From assembly GCA_965197645.1 (NCBI GenBank), contig OZ240219.1, forward strand, positions 800,001 through 864,000: DNA of 64,000 nucleotides, written 5' to 3'. Each line of letters begins with the position of its first letter. Position 1 is the stretch's first letter. Origin of the DNA: Dehalococcoidia bacterium. GTDB taxonomy: Bacteria; Chloroflexota; Dehalococcoidia; Plut-88900. Below, piece after piece: positions 27,905 through 39,714 of this stretch. The translations under genes and the position numbers were made by a program. The notes beneath the pieces were generated by a model. That model was not told the origin of the DNA and searched no databases. It saw nothing but the letters and a program-made list of their open reading frames with translations.

Positions 27905-29125
27905 ATGAGTCCCAATCCGTCCTCCATTCCAGGCGGCACCATCACCAGCCCGCAAGGCTTCAAGGCCGGAGGCGTCTACTGCGGCGTCAAGCCCTACGGC
28001 GAAGACAAGATGGACCTGGGCCTACTCTATTCCGAAACGATGGCCAGCGCCGCCGCGGTCTTCACCAAGAACAGGGTCACCGCCCCCGGTGTCCTGGTCT
28101 CTCGTGAACACATCGCCGATGGGAGTGCGCAGGCGGTCGTGGTGAACAGCGGCATAGCCAACGTGGCCGTCGGGTTCCACGGTCGAGAAGACGCCGAATC
28201 CATGACTCGGCTTGCCGCAGAGAAGCTTGGGCTGGACCCAGCGAACGTACTGGTAGCTAGCACCGGCGTCATCGGCGTCGAGCTGCCCATGGCCCGTATC
28301 CGCTCCGGCATCGAGGAGGTCCAGGTGACCGAGGATGGAGGTCACGACCTGGCTCGAGCTATCCTGACCACCGATAGCCACACCAAGGAGATTGCCGTCT
28401 CCATCGATCTGTCCGGCGGGGAGACGATAACCATCGGGGGAATATCCAAGGGCGCCGGTATGATTCACCCGGACATGGCCACCATGCTCAGCTTTCTGAC
28501 CACCGACGCCGCCGTCGACCCGGCGTTCCTTCAGAGCTCCCTCAGCGCTGCCACTGAAGTCTCCTACAACATGATCAGCGTGGACGGCGATACCAGCACC
28601 AGCGATACCGTAGCCATCTTGGCCAATGGGATGGCCGGCAACGACGCGATAATGGCCTCTTCGCCCGATGGGCCGGCCTTCCAAGAGGCCTTGACCCACG
28701 TCTGTACCTACCTGGCCAAACAGGTAGCCGCCGACGGCGAGGGCGCCACCAAGCTCATTGGGATCACCATCGAGAAGGCCAAGAAGCTGGAGGATGCCAG
28801 GCAAGCCGCCCGGGTAATATCCACGTCCAACCTGGTGAAAACGGCGATCCACGGCAACGATCCCAACTGGGGCCGGCTCATGGCAGCCCTGGGACGCACG
28901 GGCGTGGACATCGTGGAGACCAAAGTCGATCTCTTCATCAACGATATCTTCCTCCTCAACGATGGCGTCCCCGTACCCTTCTACCCGGACGCCGTCTCTC
29001 AGTCCCTGGACCAGAAAGAGGTCAACATCCGCATCGTTCTGAACCTGGGCGAAGCGTCGGCCACCGCCTGGACCTGCGATATGTCCGAGGAATACGTACG
29101 TTTCAACAGCGAGTACACCACCTGA
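27905..29125 (+). CDS. argJ: Bifunctional ornithine acetyltransferase/N-acetylglutamate synthase
   Basis: STGVIG, KGAGMIHPDMATML, DGDTSTSD, DGEGATK, DPNWGR. Confidence 0.97.
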   Translation: MSPNPSSIPGGTITSPQGFKAGGVYCGVKPYGEDKMDLGLLYSETMASAAAVFTKNRVTAPGVLVSREHIADGSAQAVVVNSGIANVAVGFHGREDAESMTRLAAEKLGLDPANVLVASTGVIGVELPMARIRSGIEEVQVTEDGGHDLARAILTTDSHTKEIAVSIDLSGGETITIGGISKGAGMIHPDMATMLSFLTTDAAVDPAFLQSSLSAATEVSYNMISVDGDTSTSDTVAILANGMAGNDAIMASSPDGPAFQEALTHVCTYLAKQVAADGEGATKLIGITIEKAKKLEDARQAARVISTSNLVKTAIHGNDPNWGRLMAALGRTGVDIVETKVDLFINDIFLLNDGVPVPFYPDAVSQSLDQKEVNIRIVLNLGEASATAWTCDMSEEYVRFNSEYTT

Positions 29126-29913
29126 TGGCCGAGAGACCCATCGTCGCCAAGATAGGGGCGGGGGTGCTGGGGGCGGGAGACACCCTCTTTGCCGATCTGG
29201 CCTCGCTGCAGAAGCAGGGCGTGCACACCGTCCTGGTGCACGGGGGCGGAGCCCTCATCTCCAAGTGGCAGGAGAACCTGGAGATCGAAACCACGTTCGT
29301 GCGGGGCCTGAGGGTGACCGATGGTCCCAGCCTGGAGGTGGCCACCGCCGTCCTCGCTGGGTTGGTGAACAAGGTGTTGGTCTCCTGCCTGCAGGGCGAG
29401 GGCGCCAAGGCAGTAGGACTCAGTGGCGTCGACGGGGGTATCCTGCAGGCCGACGTCCTGGACCCCGAGCTGGGGTTCGTCGGCAAGATCAAGCGGGTTG
29501 ACGTCAGCTCCTTGAGTGCACTGATGAAAGAGGGATTCCTGCCCGTAATAGCGCCGCTGGCCCTGCAGACCGGCCCCGGCGAAAGGGCCTTGGGGGGCAT
29601 ACTGAACATTAACGCCGATACTGCGGCCGCGGAGGTCGGCGCCGCTCTGAATGCTTGCCGCCTGATCTATCTGACCGACGTGCCGGGCGTCCGGGACGCG
29701 GCCCAAAACACCATAGCCAGACTATCCCGGGAGCAGGCCACGGAGCTGGTGGAGACCGGGGTGATATCCCAAGGCATGATCCCCAAGGTCGAGGCCTGCC
29801 TGGGTGCGGCGGGAGCCTCGGTCGATTCCTGGATTGTGGACGGCCGCCAACCCCACGCTCTGCTGGAGGCCCTGTCCGGAAACGGCGTCGGCACACGGTT
29901 CGGAGCCGCCTGA
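29125..29913 (+). CDS. argB: Acetylglutamate kinase
   Basis: VHGGG, GLRVTD, NINADTAA, GMIPK. Confidence 0.95.
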   Translation: MAERPIVAKIGAGVLGAGDTLFADLASLQKQGVHTVLVHGGGALISKWQENLEIETTFVRGLRVTDGPSLEVATAVLAGLVNKVLVSCLQGEGAKAVGLSGVDGGILQADVLDPELGFVGKIKRVDVSSLSALMKEGFLPVIAPLALQTGPGERALGGILNINADTAAAEVGAALNACRLIYLTDVPGVRDAAQNTIARLSREQATELVETGVISQGMIPKVEACLGAAGASVDSWIVDGRQPHALLEALSGNGVGTRFGAA

Positions 29914-29916
29914 CCC

Positions 29917-31086
29917 ATGTCCCTCGAGAACGCGATCGTCGATGTGGACAGCCACGTCTGGGAGCGGCTCGACCTGATAGAGGAGCATCTCGAGCCTGAG
30001 TACAGGGGCCTCGCTCCCAGAATAGAGACCGACGAGCGGGGCCTGGAGTACATGCTGGTCGAGGGCCGTAAGCCGCTGAACATCCTCCTCAGGGAGGGCC
30101 GGTTCGGTCGCATGTCGGCGGGAGAGTCTATCGAGGCCAAGCGGGACAAGTATCTGAAACCGGGCGCCGTAACCTACGAGGAAGGCCTTGAGCTCGCCCC
30201 CGCCTCCCACGACCCCCACGAGCGGATCAAGCTCATGGACGATGAGAAGGTCGACGTTTCCTTCCTCTACCCGACCCTCTGGCTCCACCTGGAATCCGAG
30301 TGCCGCAAGCCTGAGATGGCCGCCGTCTACGTTCGGGCCTACAACAACTATCTGATGGACTTCTGCGGCCACTACCCGGAGCGGCTAACCCCGGTGGCCC
30401 ACGTCTCGGTGATGGACGTGGAGGAGGGCATCAGCGAGTTGCATCGCGTAGCTGATATGGGAGTCAAGGCCGCCATGCTTTCCGGGTACCCCCTGAGCGG
30501 ACGCTCCTACGGTGATCCCTACTTCGACCCCTTCTGGGAAGCCGCCCAGGAGATTGGCCTCCCTATCACCTTTCACGTAGTGGGCAATCTCCACCCCTTC
30601 AGCAACCCCTATTTCGAAAACACGTCGCTGAACAGGTTGGCCGAATCGGACCTGTGGTTCTACATACTGCTGGAGGCGCCCGGCGTCCACTTGGGGCTGG
30701 CGAGCCTTCTGGCCGGTGGCGTCTTCGATCGCTTCCCCGGACTGAAGATCGTCCTGCTGGAGACCGGCTGTAGCTGGATGCTCTACTGGTTCGACCGGGC
30801 CGATCACATAATGGACGCCTATCCCGGCACCACCATGATGAAATCCTATCCCAGCGAGTATATGAAGACCAACATCTGGACATCCATGGACCCGGACGAG
30901 GACCTGGCGCCGGTGGTCGTGGACCGGTTTGGAGCGGAGAGGTTTATGTGGGGCGCCGACTACCCTCATTCCGAGGGCCAGACCGGAGCGGTGGAAAGCC
31001 TCAAGCAAAGCCTGAGCAATCTTCCCGAAGATGCTCGCAGGAAGATAATCGGTGAAAACGCTATCAGGCTGTACGGCCTGAGCTGA
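29917..31086 (+). CDS. Amidohydrolase family 2 protein within the arg cluster
   Basis: VDVDSH, FH, LETGCSW, GADYPHSE. Confidence 0.9.
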   Translation: MSLENAIVDVDSHVWERLDLIEEHLEPEYRGLAPRIETDERGLEYMLVEGRKPLNILLREGRFGRMSAGESIEAKRDKYLKPGAVTYEEGLELAPASHDPHERIKLMDDEKVDVSFLYPTLWLHLESECRKPEMAAVYVRAYNNYLMDFCGHYPERLTPVAHVSVMDVEEGISELHRVADMGVKAAMLSGYPLSGRSYGDPYFDPFWEAAQEIGLPITFHVVGNLHPFSNPYFENTSLNRLAESDLWFYILLEAPGVHLGLASLLAGGVFDRFPGLKIVLLETGCSWMLYWFDRADHIMDAYPGTTMMKSYPSEYMKTNIWTSMDPDEDLAPVVVDRFGAERFMWGADYPHSEGQTGAVESLKQSLSNLPEDARRKIIGENAIRLYGLS

Positions 31087-31101
31087 CGGAGGAGCGGGTA
31101 C

Positions 31102-32295
31102 ATGCCGAACTGGCAGGAGCTGGAAAGCGAATACTTCATGAAGACCGGGCGGCGTCAGCCCATCACCCTGGTGCGAGGCGAAGGCCTCAGGGTGTGGGAC
31201 GAAGATGGCAAAGAGTACCTGGACTTCGTCGCAGGCATAGCCGTCACCGGGCTGGGGCACTGTCATCCGGCCATCGTCAGCGCCATCGAGGAGCAGAGCC
31301 GCACCCTGTGGCACGTGTCCAACCTCTACTACACCACCCCGCAGGTGGAGTTGGCCCGGCTCCTCGTCGAGAACAGCTGCATGGACGAGGTCTACTTCCA
31401 GAATAGCGGCACCGAAGCCAACGAGGCGGCAATCAAGCTAGCCCGAAAGTACGGCCGGGTCCACCTCAACGGCGCCTACGAAGTGATCTCGACGATGGAC
31501 TCTTTCCACGGGCGCACCTTCGCCATGGTGGCTGCAACCGGCCAACCCGATCATCAGAACACCTATACGCCGCTTCCCCAGGGCTTCGTGAACGTACCCT
31601 ACAACGACATAGAGGCGATCATGGCGGCCACCAGCCAGGACACCTGCGCCGTGATGCTCGAACCGATCCAGGGCGAGGGTGGGGTCAACGTCCCATCCCC
31701 CGAGTATCTCCAGCAGGTAAGGAAGTGGTGTGATGACAGAGGCCTGCTGCTGATCTTCGATGAGGTACAGACCGGCATCGGGCGTACGGGCAATCTGTTC
31801 GCCTATCAACATTTCGGCGTCGAGCCCGACGTGATGACCCTCGCCAAGGCCCTGGGAGGGGGCATACCCATTGGGGCGATCATGGCGAAGAAGTCCGCTT
31901 CCGCCTTTGAGCCCGGCGACCACGGATCGACCTTCAGCGGCAACCCACTGGCCACTGGCGTGGCATTTGCCAATATGCGGTACATCCTGGAAAACGATGT
32001 GGTGGGGAACGCCAGGCGAGTGGGGGAACGGCTGAAGAACCAGCTCGAAGGCCTGGTGGAGAAGCACGATATGGCAACGGAGGTGCGGGGCATGGGGCTT
32101 CTCTTGGCCCTCGCCCTGAGCAGGGACGCGGCGGTCTCGATAGTCAACGAATGCCGGGACAACGGCCTCTTGGTGAACCCGGTGCGGCCCAACGCTGTGC
32201 GCTTGATGCCTCCTCTGATAGTCACCGACGCCGACGTGGACCAGGCGATATCCATCCTCGATGCTGCGCTGGACAAGGTGGCAAAGGAAGCCTGA
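31102..32295 (+). CDS. argD: Acetylornithine aminotransferase
   Basis: NSGTEANE, SFHGRT, EPIQGEGG, DEVQTG, AKALGGG. Confidence 0.96.
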   Translation: MPNWQELESEYFMKTGRRQPITLVRGEGLRVWDEDGKEYLDFVAGIAVTGLGHCHPAIVSAIEEQSRTLWHVSNLYYTTPQVELARLLVENSCMDEVYFQNSGTEANEAAIKLARKYGRVHLNGAYEVISTMDSFHGRTFAMVAATGQPDHQNTYTPLPQGFVNVPYNDIEAIMAATSQDTCAVMLEPIQGEGGVNVPSPEYLQQVRKWCDDRGLLLIFDEVQTGIGRTGNLFAYQHFGVEPDVMTLAKALGGGIPIGAIMAKKSASAFEPGDHGSTFSGNPLATGVAFANMRYILENDVVGNARRVGERLKNQLEGLVEKHDMATEVRGMGLLLALALSRDAAVSIVNECRDNGLLVNPVRPNAVRLMPPLIVTDADVDQAISILDAALDKVAKEA

Positions 32296-32319
32296 TTCAT
32301 CACCGGAGGGGAACAACTA

Positions 32320-33561
32320 GTGGCTGAAAAAGCGGTACTGGCTTACAGCGGCGGGCTGGATACATCGGTGGCCATAAAGTGGCTCAATGATGCGTACGGC
32401 GTCGACGTCGTCACCCTGTCCATCGACGTGGGAGGTGATATCGACTACGACGGCGTCAAGGAAAAAGCCCTGAACAGCGGCGCCATTGACGCCCGTGTCA
32501 TAGACGCCCGAGACCTCTTCGTGCGCTATTTCGTCTTTCCGGCCCTGCAGGCCAACGCCATGTACGAAGGCAAGTACCCTCTGGCTACCGCCCTGGCCAG
32601 GCCGCTGATGGCCAAGCTGCTGGTGGACGTGGCCCACGAGGTCGACGCCAATGCCGTGGCCCACGGTTGTACCGGCAAGGGCAACGACCAGGTGCGGTTC
32701 GACGTTAGCGTAGGCGCCTTGGACCCTGAGCTGAGGATCATCGCCCCGGCTCGTGAGTGGGGCATGACCCGAGAGCAGGAGATAGAGTACGCCATCGAGC
32801 ACGGCATTCCCGTGCCGGTGACGAAAGAGAGCTCCTACTCCACCGACGAGAACCTGTGGGGCCGCAGCATAGAATCGGGAGTGCTGGAGGACCCCTGGGT
32901 CGAGCCGCCGGAAGAGGTATACCTGTGGACCACCGCCCCCGCCAACGCGCCCGACGAACCTCGCTACATCGAGGTCGGCTTCGAACAGGGCATTCCGGTA
33001 CGCCTCGACGGAGTAGAGATGGACGGGCTGGCCTTGGTCCAGGAGATACACCGGATCGGCGGAGAGCACGGGGTGGGTCGGATCGATCACCTGGAGAACC
33101 GGCTGGTGGGGATCAAGTCCAGGGAGATCTACGAGGCCCCCGCCGCGGTTGTGCTGACGGCCGCTCATCGAGCGCTGGAAGACATGACACTGACCAAGGA
33201 GCAGATGCGCTTCAAGGAAAGGGTAACCCAGGAGTACGCCGACCTGGTCTACAACGGGCTGTGGTTCACGACGTTGCACCAAGACCTGGCCGCCTACGTG
33301 CAGAGCACCCAGCGACACGTCACCGGCGTCATACGGGTTAGGCTTCACAAGGGCCAGGCCGAGGTGGTGGGCAGAAAGGCCGATAGGGCCCTCTACAGGA
33401 TGGAGCTTGCCACCTACGAGAAAGGCGATATGTTCGATCAGAGCGCGTCACCGGGCTTCATCCACATTTGGGGTCTTCCAGTGAGGGTCCAGGCCCGAGA
33501 GCAGCTATTGGACCAGCCCGAAGGCCCATTGGGAATCACCGGACCACTGTCTAGCGATTAG
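32320..33561 (+). CDS. argG: Argininosuccinate synthase
   Basis: AYSGGLDTS, HGCTGKGNDQVRF, GIKSREIYEAP. Confidence 0.98.
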   Translation: MAEKAVLAYSGGLDTSVAIKWLNDAYGVDVVTLSIDVGGDIDYDGVKEKALNSGAIDARVIDARDLFVRYFVFPALQANAMYEGKYPLATALARPLMAKLLVDVAHEVDANAVAHGCTGKGNDQVRFDVSVGALDPELRIIAPAREWGMTREQEIEYAIEHGIPVPVTKESSYSTDENLWGRSIESGVLEDPWVEPPEEVYLWTTAPANAPDEPRYIEVGFEQGIPVRLDGVEMDGLALVQEIHRIGGEHGVGRIDHLENRLVGIKSREIYEAPAAVVLTAAHRALEDMTLTKEQMRFKERVTQEYADLVYNGLWFTTLHQDLAAYVQSTQRHVTGVIRVRLHKGQAEVVGRKADRALYRMELATYEKGDMFDQSASPGFIHIWGLPVRVQAREQLLDQPEGPLGITGPLSSD

Positions 33562-33570
33562 GGGACACAC

Positions 33571-34728
33571 ATGCAACAGGAACTGACTGATCAACAGAAA
33601 CAGATGGTCGGCGCTGTTCGAGACTTCGTTCAGCGGGAAGTGGTGCCGGTGGCGTCCAAGTATGATCACGGCGACGAGTACCCGGCCGACCTGGTGGACA
33701 AGCTGGCCGAGATGGGCCTGTTCGGCGCCGTCGTGCCCAAGGAGTACGGAGGCCTTGAGCTGGACAACGTCACCTTCGCCATGATCATCGAGGAGCTGTG
33801 CAAGGGTTGGATGAGCCTCAGCGGCACCCTGGGCAGCCACTCCATCATGACCTACTGTATCGCCAACTTCGGCACTCCCGAGCAGAAGGAACGGTTCCTG
33901 CCGGCCATCGCAAGGGGAGAGCGGCGGGGCGGCATCGGGCTTACCGAGCCCGGCGGCGGGAGCGATCTCCAGAACATCCAGACCAACGCCGTCCGTGATG
34001 GCGACGACTACGTTATCAACGGGTCCAAGATGTTCGTCACCAACGGCGCCAACGGCAACACCTTCGCCCTGCTCACCAAGACCGATCCCAATGCCGAGCC
34101 GGCACACAAGGGCATCAGCCTGGTCATCATCGAAAAAGACGGGCCCGGGTTTACCGTGGGCAAGAACATCAAGAAGATGGGTTACCGGGGCATCGACACC
34201 ACCGAGTTCGCCTTCCAGGACTTCCGGGTCCCGGTTACCAACCTGCTGGGAGGGGTGGAAGGCGATGGATTCAAGCAGATCATGTCGGGCCTGGAGGGCG
34301 GGCGGATCAACGTAGCCTCCAGGGCCGTGGGAGTCGCCCAGGCGGCCTTCGAGGCGGCGATACACTACGCCCAGCAGCGGGAGACCTTCGGCAAGCCCAT
34401 CGGGCAGCACCAGGCCATCCAGCTGAAGCTGGCGGACATGGCCACGAAGATCGAGGCCGCCCGATTATTGACCATGTCAGCGGCAGCCAAGAAGGACCGG
34501 GGCGAAAGGTGCGACCTGGAAGCGGGCATGGCTAAGCTCTTCGCCAGCGAGACCTGCCACGAGGTCACCATGGAGGCGATGAGGGTGCACGGCGGCTACG
34601 GCTTCACCGAGGAGTTTCCGGTGGAGCGGTACTTCCGGGATGCGCCGTTGATGATGATCGGCGAGGGCACCAACGAGATCCAGAGGCTGGTAATCGCCCG
34701 GAACCTGCTCAAGAAGTACCAGATCTAA
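33571..34728 (+). CDS. Acyl-CoA dehydrogenase
   Basis: LTEPGGGSD, NGSKMFVTNG, RETFGKPI, HGGYG, IGEGTNEIQR. Confidence 0.95.
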   Translation: MQQELTDQQKQMVGAVRDFVQREVVPVASKYDHGDEYPADLVDKLAEMGLFGAVVPKEYGGLELDNVTFAMIIEELCKGWMSLSGTLGSHSIMTYCIANFGTPEQKERFLPAIARGERRGGIGLTEPGGGSDLQNIQTNAVRDGDDYVINGSKMFVTNGANGNTFALLTKTDPNAEPAHKGISLVIIEKDGPGFTVGKNIKKMGYRGIDTTEFAFQDFRVPVTNLLGGVEGDGFKQIMSGLEGGRINVASRAVGVAQAAFEAAIHYAQQRETFGKPIGQHQAIQLKLADMATKIEAARLLTMSAAAKKDRGERCDLEAGMAKLFASETCHEVTMEAMRVHGGYGFTEEFPVERYFRDAPLMMIGEGTNEIQRLVIARNLLKKYQI

Positions 34729-34834
34729 GCCTGCTTTCCGCCTGCAGCCTCTGTCCTACTTGCCAAGGACTTGGCATCGCTGCCATTTGGGAGTACGCAT
34801 CCAGAACAGCCTCTGAGGGGAAGGGTGCTGTCGT

Positions 34835-34875
34835 ATGCAATCCCGGGCGGGTGACAGGATAAACCAACCTGGGGT
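34835..34875 (+). repeat. Partial family B-related repeat
   Basis: ATGCAATCCCGGGCGGGTG..AAACCAACCTGGG matches the minus strand of ~57213-57250. Confidence 0.5.
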
Positions 34876-34960
34876 GGGGCGAGTATGACAGCGGGTCATC
34901 CAGACCACCCTCATCCAATCTGCTATCCTTACACAGTATTTCTGACCCTGGGAGGTGCTG

Positions 34961-35446
34961 ATGATATACAACGATCGAGACACCTTTGGTTCCTGGTTCG
35001 AGGAGTACCAGGTAGGCGACATCTACAAGCATTGGCCCGGCCGTACCATCAACGAGTACGACGACACCCTGTTCAGCATGATCACGATGAACCATCAGCC
35101 GTTGCACATCGATGCTCACTACATGAAGGACAGTCAGTTCGGGCAGCGGCTGGTCAACGGCCTCTTGGTCATAAGTCTGGTGGTGGGCATGACTGTGCGG
35201 GACATCAGCGGCAAGGCCGTCGCCAACCTGGAGTACGAGAGCATAAAGCACCTGGGTCCCACTTTTCACGGGGATACCGTGTACGCCGAGACGGAGATCC
35301 TGGAGAAGAAAGAGTCCAGGAGCAAGCCGGACCGCGGCGTCCTGTACGTCGAGACCCGGGCCTGGAACCAAAAGGACCAGCAGATACTGACCCTCAGGCG
35401 CCGGGTGATGATCAGGAAGAGGAATGGAGCGGATGGCTCCGGCTGA
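34961..35446 (+). CDS. MaoC family dehydratase
   Basis: HWPGRTI, MNHQPLHID, PTFHGDT; SD GGAGG. Confidence 0.92.
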   Translation: MIYNDRDTFGSWFEEYQVGDIYKHWPGRTINEYDDTLFSMITMNHQPLHIDAHYMKDSQFGQRLVNGLLVISLVVGMTVRDISGKAVANLEYESIKHLGPTFHGDTVYAETEILEKKESRSKPDRGVLYVETRAWNQKDQQILTLRRRVMIRKRNGADGSG

Positions 35447-35472
35447 CAGCAATAGGGCCCCTTGGCCAAACG

Positions 35473-35967
35473 ATGCGGATGTCTACGCGCTTGACTGACA
35501 GCGAAATAGCTGAGCTAATCGAAATAGCGAAGCCCTTAGATGCTAACTTTCGCAACAGGTTGAACCGACGCCCGAAAAGGGGTCATGAGGAGAGCGGCCT
35601 CGATTTCCGCGGTGAAGATGGATCTAGATTCAGGATGATCTTGAGGAGGAGCCTGTCAAATCCTCTGTCTTTCTCCGCTATCCTGGCCTATCGGGTGCCC
35701 GGGTCGAATCAAATCTTCAGGCTGAGGCGTTACAATGGAAGGGCACATGAACACACAAACGTTATAGAGCGTGAGACTTTCTACGCCTTTCACATCCATG
35801 AAGCTACCGAACGCTACCAAGAACTCGGTGGGAAAGAGGACGGGTACGCTCAGTCTACGGACAGGTTTGTAGACCTAGACGGGGCTATCGACTGTTTGAT
35901 CGAGGACTGTAATCTTGTGCTACCCCCGGATCCCCAGCTAACAATGCCTTTGGAGCTATCCAAGTGA
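35473..35967 (+). CDS. Hypothetical His-motif protein (DUF6978-like)
   Basis: RLRRYNGRAHEHTN..FHIH..TERY; overlaps the next gene (GTGA). Confidence 0.7.
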   Translation: MRMSTRLTDSEIAELIEIAKPLDANFRNRLNRRPKRGHEESGLDFRGEDGSRFRMILRRSLSNPLSFSAILAYRVPGSNQIFRLRRYNGRAHEHTNVIERETFYAFHIHEATERYQELGGKEDGYAQSTDRFVDLDGAIDCLIEDCNLVLPPDPQLTMPLELSK

Positions 35968-36749
35968 ATGTCGAAGAGGTCGTAGACCGGTTCCGGGAAA
36001 GGGTTCACTCCCAAATCGCCCTAGTGCCCGAGGGTATTGAACGCTACCGCGTCTCTACTCCCTTCAGGTTCGATGATGGAGACCATCTGTCTATCGTACT
36101 GAAACGGGATATCGGCGACTGGTATCTGTCCGACGAAGGCGCAACTTTCATGCATCTGACCTATGATATGGACGAACAGGACTTTCTACGTGGCAACCGC
36201 CAGACCATTATCGAGAATTCACTCTCGATGTTCGGGGTCAACGACAACGAAGGTGAACTCAAGTTAGTCGTTTCCGACGAGGGTTACGGGGATGCTCTGT
36301 ACAGCTTCGTCCAAGCGTTGCTCAAGATCAGCGACGTCACCTTTCTAAGCAGGGAAATCCCGCAGACTACCTTCAAGGACGACTGCCGTGAACTCATAAA
36401 GGACGCTGTGCCCGAGAGAAATCTGCACCCACATTGGCACGATCCGGTACGTGACCCGGAAGGCAAGTACGTCGTGACCTATAGGATCAACAGGCCAGCC
36501 AGACCACTTTTCGTCTACCCTCTGCCTAATGACGACCACACTAGGGACGCCAATATCGCCCTTCAGTGTTTTCAAGCGTGGGAGATGGAGTTTACTTCTG
36601 TTGGAATCTTTTATGACCAGACCCAGATAAACCGTAAGGTTCTAGCCCGGTTCACCGATGTCTGCGATAGGCAATTCTCGAGCTTGGCAACCAACAAGGA
36701 ACGCATAGCCCAATACCTTCGACAAGAAAACGGTGCCGGGACCATTTAA
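35964..36749 (+). CDS. DUF1828 domain protein
   Basis: VSTPFRFDDGDHLSI...LSDEG.T..L.. Confidence 0.8.
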   Translation: MNVEEVVDRFRERVHSQIALVPEGIERYRVSTPFRFDDGDHLSIVLKRDIGDWYLSDEGATFMHLTYDMDEQDFLRGNRQTIIENSLSMFGVNDNEGELKLVVSDEGYGDALYSFVQALLKISDVTFLSREIPQTTFKDDCRELIKDAVPERNLHPHWHDPVRDPEGKYVVTYRINRPARPLFVYPLPNDDHTRDANIALQCFQAWEMEFTSVGIFYDQTQINRKVLARFTDVCDRQFSSLATNKERIAQYLRQENGAGTI

Positions 36750-36794
36750 TGTTTCGAGCTGATTTAGCGATAAATCAGGATTCGCCCGCACAAG

Positions 36795-38142
<1,348 letters not shown>

Positions 38143-38150
<8 letters not shown>

Positions 38151-38823
38151 CACAAGCTCCGTGAAGTACGCTCCATCGATCCTCTCGGCCGACTTTGCTC
38201 GGCTGGGCGAGGAGATTGCCGAGGCTACGGAAGCCGGCGCCGACTACATCCACGTCGACGTGATGGACGGCCGGTTCGTGCCCAACCTCACAGCCGGGCC
38301 GGTCGTGGTCCAGGCCGTGAGATCGTGGACCGGGCTTCCCCTGGACGTGCATATGATGGTAGAGGAACCGGACCGTTTGATACCCCAGTTCGCCGAGGCT
38401 GGTGCCGACATCATGACCGTCCACCCCGAAGCTTGCTATCACCTGCACAGGGTCATATACCAAATAAAGGACCTGGGCGCCAGAGCCGGCGTGGCCTTGA
38501 ATCCGGGAACTTCCATATCGGCCATCGAGGACGTGCTGCCGGACCTGGACCTGGTACTGGTGATGACCGTAAACCCGGGCTTCGGCGGTCAGAAATTCAT
38601 CGAATCCCTGGTGGGCAAGATAGCCCGCATGCGCCAGCGATTGGACGAACTGGGGGTCAAGGCGGAGCTGGAGGTGGACGGGGGCATCTCGGCGGTCACG
38701 GCGCCTCTAGTGGTGGAAGCAGGGGCCAGGGTGCTGGTAGCCGGTTCCGCGGTCTTCAACGATAGAGAACCGGTGGCTGATGCGCTGGCCAGGATCAAAG
38801 CCAGCGTAGAGAACGCTAGCTAG
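38143..38823 (+). CDS. rpe: Ribulose-phosphate 3-epimerase
   Basis: APSILSADF, HVDVMDG, MTVNPGFGGQ, VDGGI. Confidence 0.97.
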
Positions 38824-39692
38824 CCTTCCAACTCGGCGAGAAGCCGATCGAGGATGACCTTCACCTGCTCGAAGGAGGCCGCTCCCTGTATCTTCTCGTC
38901 GCCCACGAAGATCGTAGGGGTGCTGCTCACGCCCCTGTCAATAGCCAGAGCATTTCCGTCCCGAACTATCTGCAGGTGCCTCTGGGAGTCCAGGCAGGCT
39001 GAGAAATCGTCTGCATCGAGCTCCAACTCACCAGCGAAACCCTTGAGGTTGTCGTTTGAGTATGCGCCCGCGTTGTAGCCTCGCTGATTTTCGAACAGCA
39101 GGTCGTGGTAGTCCCAGAAGGAGCCCTGCTCGCCGGCGCACTCAACCGCCAGGGCGGCGCCGGTCGATTCCGGCCCGATGAAGGTGTAGTGGTAGTAGAC
39201 GATCTTGACCTTGCCGGTATCTACGTACTCCTGTTTGATCTGGGGCACCGTCCCGCGGGCCCATCTTCCGCAGTGCGGTCACTGGAAGTCGGAGAACTCC
39301 AGCATAGTCAGAGGTGCGTCGGCCGAGCCGAGGACGTTCCAACCCTGGGTGTCTGGGGTTGCAGGCTGGGGTGTCGAGGTGGCCTCGGAAATGGGAGTAG
39401 AGGCGGGCTGCTGTGTCGGCGTTGGGGTAGCGGCGACGTGTGTGGACATGGGCTGCTCAGTCGACGTTGGGGTGGCGGCAGCGTGTGTGGACGTAGGCTG
39501 CTCAGTCGACGTTGGGGTGGCGGCAGCGTGTGTGGACGTAGGCTGCTCAGTCGACGTCGGGGTAGCGGCAACAGGCGTGGAATCGGGTTGCTGCGTCGGG
39601 GTCGTAGTACCATCGCCGGACGTGCAGGCGACTATGACCGCCGCCAGAAGCAACAGTAGCGGGAACGCGAGTAGACGGTAGCGGGAGGGCAT
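38820..39692 (-). CDS. DsbA-family lipoprotein selenoprotein (290 aa, Sec138, UxxC)
   Basis: Signal ..VIVA-C, T/P-rich linker, LGSADAPLTMLEFSDFQ-TGA(39281-39279)-PHC, then YVDTGKV..GVSSTPT; halves in frame. Confidence 0.9.
39421..39569. repeat. 45-bp coding tandem repeat (~3.3 units, TPTSTEQPTSTHAAA)
   Basis: Units start at 39421, 39466 and 39511, with a partial unit at 39556. Confidence 0.9.
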
Positions 39693-39714
39693 GAGAATAA
39701 TGGCCTGACTGGAG

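Noticed and set aside
29125-34728. argB, amidohydrolase, argD, argG and acyl-CoA dehydrogenase all lie in one frame, separated by TGA, TGA, TGA and TAG with stop-free spacers (possible read-through polyprotein)
   Set aside because: Each gene is full-length, most have their own SD-like site, and the stops are not at Cys positions; such a run can arise by chance among ~60 junctions
34885-35967. 360-aa ORF overlapping maoC
   Set aside because: The 5' part is an off-frame shadow of maoC; the real gene starts at ~35473
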